Source: a virus
Taxonomy: Duplodnaviria > Heunggongvirae > Uroviricota > Caudoviricetes
Reading direction: 5' to 3' (one strand)
DNA: 10,847 nucleotides
Virus record (IMG/VR): IMGVR_UViG_3300020498_000003
Shown here: in pieces, positions 1-7,146 of the stretch
How positions within the stretch are numbered: the stretch's first letter is position 1
How the letters are laid out: the number at the start of each line of letters is the position of its first letter
Made by a program: the position numbers and the translations under genes
The notes under the pieces: model-generated
The model's database searches: none
The model's input: only the letters and a program-made list of their open reading frames with translations
What the model was told of the DNA's origin: nothing

Positions 1-1754
1 TATGTAAATCTTGTTCCAGATAGTTGGAATGAATCATTAAACATTATATCACAACTAAATACAACAGCATTTGATGAGTCTCTACCAATGAATTGTCTGA
101 CATCAGAGAATTGATAGTTATAAATTTTACTTACAGTTCCGACATCTCTACCATCAACTGAAATTACTTCCCCTTCTCTGAAATTGCCATTTACATTAAT
201 TAATTCTAAGTTGTCGGAAGTTACTGATAATGCACCTCCACTAACTCTAATAAAACCAGTTGCTCCAGATGATTTACCTACAATCTGAGATCCTGCTATG
301 ATAGTAGTAGAAGCACCTAGCTTAATTCTTGTAAATAGAGAAACATCAAATAGGAATGCTTTATATACATCATTCTCGTTTCCAGTTACACCATCAGAGG
401 TGTCCTCTAGTTCCCAATTGGATATTCTTGCAAATCCAATAGTTGTTCCATTAGAAGATCCTGGAGTAGTATTCTCACGATCCTTCAATTCCACAATTTG
501 GTAAGATGGTGAAATATTTGGTCCAGTAATTAAAGGTGTTCCGTAGACATTGCTGACTAGAACATAGTTACCCAACTCAAATGGTACAATATTATTTTGT
601 AACGATACAAAGTTTCTAGGTTTAGGTACATCTAGATACTTTGGATTTGTTGATTGAATTGGATATCCTCTTAGATATGCTCTACCAGGAGATACTTGAA
701 CAGCATAAAGTGATTCTGATGCCTCTACTTTGGTGTCTTCTGTAATCTCCCCTGCATTATATACACCATCATTAAATCCATCATTTAGACACTCTCTTAC
801 CGTAATATCAAATGGATCGATCATGAAATCGCCATTTGTATCAAATGTTCTTTTTGCTAGTTCTTTTTCTAGTTCACTATATGCTGTTCTTTCAACGAAT
901 GATTGTACTTTTCCGTTTTCAATACGAATCAATTCAATGAAGTTTTTATCAGCGTCATCGCCAATTTCTTTTTTAATTAATGTGGTGTTAATCTTAAATC
1001 TATGTGCTCCAGGTGCAGCATAGTTTGATGATCCAGCAGCATTATCATTTAGCGAATCATCATCTTCTGGTGTAATAATAGATTCAGATACTTCAAGACC
1101 AACTCTGAATGATGGGTCTTTTGCATATTGATCTAGAATGATATATTGAGACTTTACATCTACAAAGTGACCTCTAATAAAATATACACCTGTGTTAACA
1201 TAAGCAACAGATGCAACTGCAGTTGCTTCATTAGGAATCATCTGAGCAAATGGACTTCCAATTTCTAACAGAGTTCCACCAAATGTGATTTCTTTATCTG
1301 CTAGTAATTGTTCATTATCTAAGAATCTTAGAATATCGTTGTTTGTTCCACCAGCTTCAGTATACTTAACATATAGAGTAATAAAATTCCTATCAGACTC
1401 TTCTGCAGAAATTGAATATAATACTTTTGCCTTTACCCCAGTAGTAATACCAGTTATGGTTGTACCAGTTAATTGTGATCTGTATAGTTCTACTTCAGAT
1501 CCAAGGAAACTAGACTGTAGCAGAATGCAGTCTACATTGTTATCAAATCCAACTTGACCAGGGATGACCATGGAACCATCCTTGAAGAAATGGTTTCCCA
1601 TGTTCTCGATCTGATTCTGTAAGATCGATTGCATTGTAGTGAGTTCTCTTGCCTGAATCGGGAACCCAGGACGATAAAGAACCTTATAAAAGTTCTTAAA
1701 CTTATCAAAATCATCATAATAAGGTGTTACATTTAAGTTGGTATTCTGGGGCAT
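1..1754 (-). CDS. VrlC-like / DUF4815-family virion structural protein, N-terminal 584 codons (runs off the left edge; absent from the ORF track)
   Basis: ATG at 1754-1752 (cat on +). My manual translation found no stop down to position 3: MPQNTNLNVTPYYDDFDKFKNFYKVLYRPGFPIQARELTTMQSILQNQIENMGNHFFKDGSMVIPG...GVYFIRGHFVDV...RVGLEVSESIITPEDDDSLNDNAAGSSNYAAPGAHRFKI...SPGRAYLRGY...SGTRFT. The N-terminus (PYYDDF, RPGFPIQARELT, APGAHRFKI) is the one I recognise from VrlC-like proteins that follow gp8 in cyanomyoviruses. It starts 16 nt after the gp8 stop. Confidence 0.9.
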   Translation of the reverse strand, partial: MPQNTNLNVTPYYDDFDKFKNFYKVLYRPGFPIQARELTTMQSILQNQIENMGNHFFKDGSMVIPGQVGFDNNVDCILLQSSFLGSEVELYRSQLTGTTITGITTGVKAKVLYSISAEESDRNFITLYVKYTEAGGTNNDILRFLDNEQLLADKEITFGGTLLEIGSPFAQMIPNEATAVASVAYVNTGVYFIRGHFVDVKSQYIILDQYAKDPSFRVGLEVSESIITPEDDDSLNDNAAGSSNYAAPGAHRFKINTTLIKKEIGDDADKNFIELIRIENGKVQSFVERTAYSELEKELAKRTFDTNGDFMIDPFDITVRECLNDGFNDGVYNAGEITEDTKVEASESLYAVQVSPGRAYLRGYPIQSTNPKYLDVPKPRNFVSLQNNIVPFELGNYVLVSNVYGTPLITGPNISPSYQIVELKDRENTTPGSSNGTTIGFARISNWELEDTSDGVTGNENDVYKAFLFDVSLFTRIKLGASTTIIAGSQIVGKSSGATGFIRVSGGALSVTSDNLELINVNGNFREGEVISVDGRDVGTVSKIYNYQFSDVRQFIGRDSSNAVVFSCDIMFNDSFQLSGTRFT

Positions 1755-1770
1755 CGTTTTTCTCTATTAA

Positions 1771-3303
1771 TTAGAACTCAATAACAATTTTAATGTCTTC
1801 GATCTGATCGTTTGCACGGGAGATCGGTCTTCTATTATCTATATAGATAACTTGTCCGCTGTCTTTTTGGATCTCTGGATCTGCATAACCAGCAGTAAAT
1901 CTCATACCCAAATCATATTCAGTATTGTTGATAATTCTGTTGGATGCTCCAGGAACAGCAGGGAAGTTTACATCTGGTTGTCCACTTGCACCAGATGTTG
2001 CTCCAGTGATAGTATTACTTCCAGAAAAATCATTTAGTGAACCAGTAATTTCTGGGAAAATACCATCAACTTTATTTTGATAGTATTTTAGGACTTTTGT
2101 TGTAGAATCCCATGATACAACTCTTCCTCTAGAAGTAATTGTTTGACCACCAACACTCTTAGATTGTGTGATAATCTCGTCTGGTAAGAAATTACCTTGA
2201 AATGTTGGTGGGAAAATAACTGCTCTGAGTGAAGTTAATGTTAGTTCATTTGTCAATTCACTAGTGCTATATCTTTTTGGATTTAATACTAGACCAATTC
2301 TTCTATAGTCATTATCAATTGGGAAGTCTCCAGATCCTTCTGAGTATGATAATTTTGCATTTACCATGACTCTATATCCACCTAATTCATAAGCACTATT
2401 TGATCCATGTCCACCCTGAGGGGGAATTATAACATCGATAGAACCACCACTTCCAGTACCAATTCCATTTACATCATCAACTACGATCTTTCCGAATGTA
2501 TATCCAGTACCACCAGAAGTTACAGTAGCATTTACAATTCTGCCACCATCAATTACTATAGAAACTCTACCACCAATCCCATCACCATTGATGGGTACAT
2601 TATCAAATGTACCGTTATTGTAACCAGAACCAGCAGCAGAAATTACAACAGTATCAATTTCTCCTTGTACTGCGTTTGAGTTAACTGCGGAGTCATTTAG
2701 TACTGGAATGTATTCTGACGAGAAGAACTTAAGAACCTGAGCAACAGGAATCGTGTACATATATTTCCATCTATATCCATCAGCAGTTGTGATAATAGAT
2801 GTCGATGTTCCAGTTGGTTCAATAGTTGAAGGTCTACCATTAGGATCAGATGGTGAAGTGCCATTGTAAATGCACTTATATGCCTGATATGAAGAGTTTA
2901 CAACATAGAAGTCAGCATCATATAATCTAGTAGAACCAGATGCAGCAGTCTTTGTAGGAGAATAGTCATGACGATACATATCGTAGATAAATCCCAGTCC
3001 ACCAGTTGTCTTTTCTGGGGGAATCCAGTCAATTCTACGAACTACTTGAATACTGTCATTTGCAAGAACTCTCTTTAGCGATATCATGTCATCGTAGACA
3101 TCACTATACTCAGAAAAACTATCTACAGGTTCTGGTGGATTATTGTCGGATTCCCACTCTTGAGGTCTTCCGATAAATACATATAATCTGTCCCTAGTTG
3201 ATCCTGCTTCCAAATCAGTTGCCTCTGGGTTTGGTCCTTCTAGAGACTTAATGAATTTTTGAGCAGCATATATTCTAAATTGATCAGTGAGAAGTGCTGA
3301 CAT
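1771..3303 (-). CDS. gp8: T4-like baseplate wedge subunit gp8 (510 aa)
   Basis: Motifs typical of cyanophage gp8: LTDQFRI, LYVFIGRPQEW, DDMISLKRV, VVRRIDW, YDMYRHDYS, FYVVNSSYQAYKCIYNG, EPTGT..TTADGYRWKYMYTIP, PQGGHG, C-terminal GQVIYIDNRRPISRANDQIEDIKIVIEF. It has an AGGA SD and a CTAAATA box upstream. Confidence 0.93.
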   Translation of the reverse strand: MSALLTDQFRIYAAQKFIKSLEGPNPEATDLEAGSTRDRLYVFIGRPQEWESDNNPPEPVDSFSEYSDVYDDMISLKRVLANDSIQVVRRIDWIPPEKTTGGLGFIYDMYRHDYSPTKTAASGSTRLYDADFYVVNSSYQAYKCIYNGTSPSDPNGRPSTIEPTGTSTSIITTADGYRWKYMYTIPVAQVLKFFSSEYIPVLNDSAVNSNAVQGEIDTVVISAAGSGYNNGTFDNVPINGDGIGGRVSIVIDGGRIVNATVTSGGTGYTFGKIVVDDVNGIGTGSGGSIDVIIPPQGGHGSNSAYELGGYRVMVNAKLSYSEGSGDFPIDNDYRRIGLVLNPKRYSTSELTNELTLTSLRAVIFPPTFQGNFLPDEIITQSKSVGGQTITSRGRVVSWDSTTKVLKYYQNKVDGIFPEITGSLNDFSGSNTITGATSGASGQPDVNFPAVPGASNRIINNTEYDLGMRFTAGYADPEIQKDSGQVIYIDNRRPISRANDQIEDIKIVIEF

Positions 3304-3311
3304 TGTTTAAT

Positions 3312-3315
3312 TCCT
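3312..3315 (-). promoter_or_regulatory. Shine-Dalgarno-like AGGA for gp8
   Basis: The minus strand reads TATAGGAATTAAACA-ATG, giving an 8-nt spacer to the ATG at 3303. Confidence 0.55.
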
Positions 3316-3340
3316 ATACTTCTGGTTCTTCTTGCTAATA

Positions 3341-3347
3341 TATTTAG
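3341..3347 (-). promoter_or_regulatory. Putative T4-type late promoter box (CTAAATA) upstream of gp8
   Basis: + strand tatttag = minus CTAAATA, intergenic and about 38 nt upstream of the gp8 start. It resembles the gp55-dependent TATAAATA consensus. Confidence 0.65.
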
Positions 3348-3350
3348 GCG

Positions 3351-5459
3351 TTAAAAACTATCATTTCTCAATTGAGTATCATAACTAATAGAGAGTATTC
3401 TCCAAGACGCTCCATTTTGACCTGTTAAAATTTCTCCACCAAGAATTGCTTCAGCAACAGCACCAGATCCATTTCCACCACTAAATGTAATTTGTGGTAC
3501 ATCTGTATATCCATAACCACCATTGGATAATGTTATTGTACTAACTTGGTCTGCCAACATCACTGCAGTAGCAGCTGCTGATGTTACTGAATTATTTTGG
3601 AATTGAATTATAGGTGCAGAATTATAACCATTACCTCCAGAAATTACCTTAACACCAACTACTGTACTGTTATCGGAGAATTTATATAGTAATCCAATAT
3701 CTTCATCTTGTGTATCATATGGTATTATTGAGTTGACAACGAGAGTTTGTGTATTTGGATTCCAAGATTCTACAGTAGCTCTAATTTGTGAATTTAATCC
3801 AGTCACAGTTTCTCCAATAACATAGTTAACTCCATTGAAATACGCTGGATTGCGAGTATCTAATTTAATAGTGAGACGAACGAAATGATCTACTCCCTCG
3901 TTCAGATTACTTGCATCAACAACTGTAGCATTCTTGAATGGAATGCTAGAGTCTCTTACTTTATCTCCAACTTGGAATAATGTGGTATTTTGACCCCCTT
4001 GAGTTTCTTCAATACCATATAATGTTGATGGAATACCACCATCTAAATTAATTTGATCTTCATAGTCAGTTCCAGTGTTTATTAGATCTGGTAGACCATC
4101 TCCATCACCATCCAATTCTGCAATATCCTCAAATGCAAAATCCAATAATACTGAGGGTATCTCTGTTAATCTGAAAATAATTGAACCTTCTTGGTCTATA
4201 ACATTGTGTGGAATACTAAATGTTCCAGATGAATCTGATACCCCAGCATCAAACACTACATTGCTCTTTTCTCCAGGAAGTCCAGCATCAATAAATGCTA
4301 GTTCATCTACTTGGAAAACAATGAATAATTCTTTTGTTAATGGATTCCAATCATATACTATAGCAATTTTATTATTTGCACTTTCTGTGCTCCTAATTAA
4401 TCTATCTCCAACATTAAATTCATATGTTGTTATTCCAGTAACTTCATCATCTTGAGTGTCATCTAATACAACTCTCTGATCATATCTAAAGTTAATACCT
4501 CTAGTGCAACCAGTTAATCTATTGACATCCTTTCCAGTATATCGTATTAATTCAGATCCCAATAAGATAACACCACTTCCTGGAAATGGATTGGTAGTAG
4601 ACACATAAATGTTTGTATCATTTCTATCTGCATCTATTGTAAGACCAGCAAGATTGTAATATTCTAAATTATAAGATTGTCTATTTCTTGCAATTTTTTT
4701 TAATTTTGTTTTTCTGGCAAATACAACTCTAGGTGGAGTTACATATCCCCTTCCTGAATTTTGTAGAACAATATCGACAATTTGTCCTTGATTTATTACA
4801 GCTCTTGCCTTTGCTCCAACTCCACCTCCACCAACTAAAAGGACATATGGTTCTTTTAGATAGAACTGTCCAGGATTACTAATAGTGAAATTGGTAGATA
4901 CAATCGAAGTATTGTCAATTTCTGCAACTCCTCTTGCACCTCTACCACCACCGCCACTAATGGACAAGAATGGTGGTTCCTCATATTCTCTACCTTCATT
5001 TAATATTGTCAATCCAGTTACTGTTCTTGGAGTCGCCCTAAGAACAGCACCATTTCCTTCTCCACCAATTATTTCAGCATCAACATCATAGAATTGTTTA
5101 TCGCCACTTCTAAGCATTTTAATATAATCAATACTTCCATTTTCTTTTAATACAACTTCTGCATCTGCTGGATCTGGTAATTCAGTGGCGTTTTCTGGTA
5201 TCTGTGGAAAGAATTTAACCCTCAGCGGATCATATCCCTCACCAGGATCAAGAACCTGCACTGAAACGATTCTGCCATTTTCTATAATTGGTTTTAGTAC
5301 AGCATCTCGTATAGGAGTTCCACAATTTCTTATAGTCAATACTGGTGGTCTAGATTCACTATATCCAGATCCACCATTTTTAATGATGACGGAATCAACT
5401 CCCAAGTCATCATTAAAAACAGGAACTATTACTGCTCCAGATCCAGGTCTAGTTGCCAT
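3351..5459 (-). CDS. Putative virion/baseplate structural protein with GxGY and GGxGxGA repeats (702 aa)
   Basis: Long ORF with repeated beta-rich units (IKNGGSGY, VLDPGEGY, ILNEGREY, LQNSGRGY, VISGGNGY, LSNGGYGY; GGEGNGAVL, GGGGRGARG, GGGGVGAKA, GGNGSGAVA) of the kind common in cyanomyovirus baseplate proteins. It lies directly upstream of gp8 and is preceded by CATAAATA. Its exact function is unknown. Confidence 0.8.
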   Translation of the reverse strand: MATRPGSGAVIVPVFNDDLGVDSVIIKNGGSGYSESRPPVLTIRNCGTPIRDAVLKPIIENGRIVSVQVLDPGEGYDPLRVKFFPQIPENATELPDPADAEVVLKENGSIDYIKMLRSGDKQFYDVDAEIIGGEGNGAVLRATPRTVTGLTILNEGREYEEPPFLSISGGGGRGARGVAEIDNTSIVSTNFTISNPGQFYLKEPYVLLVGGGGVGAKARAVINQGQIVDIVLQNSGRGYVTPPRVVFARKTKLKKIARNRQSYNLEYYNLAGLTIDADRNDTNIYVSTTNPFPGSGVILLGSELIRYTGKDVNRLTGCTRGINFRYDQRVVLDDTQDDEVTGITTYEFNVGDRLIRSTESANNKIAIVYDWNPLTKELFIVFQVDELAFIDAGLPGEKSNVVFDAGVSDSSGTFSIPHNVIDQEGSIIFRLTEIPSVLLDFAFEDIAELDGDGDGLPDLINTGTDYEDQINLDGGIPSTLYGIEETQGGQNTTLFQVGDKVRDSSIPFKNATVVDASNLNEGVDHFVRLTIKLDTRNPAYFNGVNYVIGETVTGLNSQIRATVESWNPNTQTLVVNSIIPYDTQDEDIGLLYKFSDNSTVVGVKVISGGNGYNSAPIIQFQNNSVTSAAATAVMLADQVSTITLSNGGYGYTDVPQITFSGGNGSGAVAEAILGGEILTGQNGASWRILSISYDTQLRNDSF

Positions 5460-5481
5460 AGTATTTTTCTAATTATATTAG

Positions 5482-5489
5482 TATTTATG
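5482..5489 (-). promoter_or_regulatory. Putative late promoter CATAAATA overlapping the protease stop codon
   Basis: + strand tatttatg at 5482-5489. The minus strand reads TCA TAA ATA, 22 nt upstream of the ATG at 5459. Confidence 0.7.
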
Positions 5490-7146
5490 ATACCTTTCTT
5501 CTTTGTATTGCAACTCTAGGATAGGTCATTCCAGAAGATTGTCTTACGCTATAATTAAATTTTGGATTTGCTACTCCAGTTTCTGGCCTATCTTTTTTGT
5601 AGTATGCGTATCTATTATTTGATGTGTTGCCTAGGGAAATATAGTCTCCAGCATTACCTCCAGTTGTAGAGATTTGACCAATTTTAGATGCACTGAATAT
5701 ATAATCTCTTGCAATAGTTTGATTTATATTTGGTAATTGCTCTGCTAAGCAAGCAAGTAATCCTGCTACTTGAGGACTTGACATACTGGTTCCAGATATT
5801 GAACCAATTTTATATGAAGATGATCTTGGATCATTTGCTAGTATAATGCTAAATTCTGCTGCAGCAGTAGCATCATATACAGAAGACACAATATTTGATC
5901 CTGGAGCATATAAATCTACTCTACTTCCATAGTTACTAAAAGTTGATTTATATTCTTGTGAAGTAGTTCCAATACTTCCAACACAAATACTATTTCCTGC
6001 AGCAGTTGGGGAAGATCCTCTACTGTGGAATATTTGTTGTCCAGATACAATGATAAAATTATCCCAATCTTGCATACTGCTAGTGGCACAATTCCAATAA
6101 GAATTTCCAGCAGAACCAACAATAATTACGCCATCATTAATTGCATCTTGAACATCAGCATCTAATGCAGCATATCTAGCAGGTATTTGATACAAATAAT
6201 TATTAAATGGAACTGGAACACCATTCTCTTCTAATGCCTGTTTCTTTACTGTATTAGATAATCCTGATAGTGTTGTAACAGTAGATCTGTACATTACTTG
6301 AAATATATCAGCAAGTTGATAATTTGTTGTATATGAGTATCCCCAACTATTATTAACTACTGTTGGATTTCTTCTGCCAGTATTAGCATTTACATCTTTG
6401 TTTTTATGCCAATGTCTAATATAATCAAATATCACTAGCGCCCAATCTGAACCACCATAGTTACCACCTTGATAATTAAATTCCATGTTAAAGATTTTAG
6501 AATCTCTTGCCCATCCTTGAGTATTCCCAGCAACAGTTCCAGCAACATGAGTTCCATGGTTACTGCTTATGTTGGAATAATTATATGTTCCAGTAGTAGA
6601 AATACCAAGTATAGAACTATACTGAAACCAATCAATTTGATTTACTCTGGTTCCACCAGTGCCATCATCATTTATTGCAAATTCTGGATGTGATGGATTT
6701 ATGTGGGCATCTACAATTACTACATCTACATTTTTGCCAGAGCTAGTTGTCTTTATATTTGCAGACCTTTGAGTAAATGCACTATTTGTACCCCATCCAG
6801 CAGCCTGTCCACCTTCAGTTATTCGGAGTAACCCCCAATTTTTATCAGAAGAATCAATTGTCGAATTCTTCTCAAATACTCCAGTTTGTGTCCAGAATGG
6901 TGTTACACTAAGTCCTAGTTCACTTGGTAGTAATTCTACAGCAAGAACTCTAGGATCATTCCTTAGAGATTCTGCTTCTTGCTCCGTCAAACTATAATGA
7001 GTATTTCTACTTATATCTCTTCTCAACTTGCAAGAAACTTTTCTATTGGGAATATATAAATCCCCACCAGGAGTTTCCATATCATCATAAAATTGCTCTA
7101 GATCATCAAATTTTTTTAATGTAACTACATATATACTTTTCATCAT
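5485..7146 (-). CDS. Subtilisin-like serine protease (peptidase family S8) with I9-like prodomain, no signal peptide (553 aa)
   Basis: Catalytic D146 in VDVVIVDAHINPSHPEF (6709-6711), H197 in NHGTHVAGTVAG (6556-6558), oxyanion N348 in IVGSAGN (6103-6105) and S454 in SGTSMSSPQVAG (5785-5787). Also VVNNSWG and FSNYGSRVDLYAPGSNIVS. The N-terminal YVVTLK...LTEQEAESLRNDPRVLAVE resembles an I9 propeptide. Confidence 0.95.
   Translation of the reverse strand: MMKSIYVVTLKKFDDLEQFYDDMETPGGDLYIPNRKVSCKLRRDISRNTHYSLTEQEAESLRNDPRVLAVELLPSELGLSVTPFWTQTGVFEKNSTIDSSDKNWGLLRITEGGQAAGWGTNSAFTQRSANIKTTSSGKNVDVVIVDAHINPSHPEFAINDDGTGGTRVNQIDWFQYSSILGISTTGTYNYSNISSNHGTHVAGTVAGNTQGWARDSKIFNMEFNYQGGNYGGSDWALVIFDYIRHWHKNKDVNANTGRRNPTVVNNSWGYSYTTNYQLADIFQVMYRSTVTTLSGLSNTVKKQALEENGVPVPFNNYLYQIPARYAALDADVQDAINDGVIIVGSAGNSYWNCATSSMQDWDNFIIVSGQQIFHSRGSSPTAAGNSICVGSIGTTSQEYKSTFSNYGSRVDLYAPGSNIVSSVYDATAAAEFSIILANDPRSSSYKIGSISGTSMSSPQVAGLLACLAEQLPNINQTIARDYIFSASKIGQISTTGGNAGDYISLGNTSNNRYAYYKKDRPETGVANPKFNYSVRQSSGMTYPRVAIQRRKVS

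Noticed and set aside
298-1557. Plus-strand ORFs 298-504, 730-1023 and 1285-1557
   Set aside because: They are antisense shadows of the VrlC-like gene, with Ser/Leu/Ile-rich composition, no RBS and no recognisable motifs.
1532-1717. 61-aa minus-strand ORF
   Set aside because: It lies out of frame inside the VrlC-like gene and has no independent translation signals.
1852-2679. Plus-strand ORFs 1852-2037 and 2407-2679
   Set aside because: They are antisense to well-conserved gp8 and their low-complexity translations are typical of shadow frames.
4694-4701. A8 run (A AAA AAA) in the 702-aa gene, and a similar A7 run near 7111-7117, as possible frameshift or phase-variation sites
   Set aside because: Lys-Lys codons are expected in an AT-rich genome, both ORFs are intact, and I saw no downstream stimulatory structure.
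4075-5472. Plus-strand ORFs 4075-4455, 4885-5091 and 5185-5472
   Set aside because: They are antisense to the 702-aa gene. The Pro/Ser runs simply mirror Gly codons on the coding strand.
5916-6693. ORFs 5916-6122 (-) and 6469-6693 (+)
   Set aside because: They are nested in the S8 protease gene in other frames and have no supporting signals.
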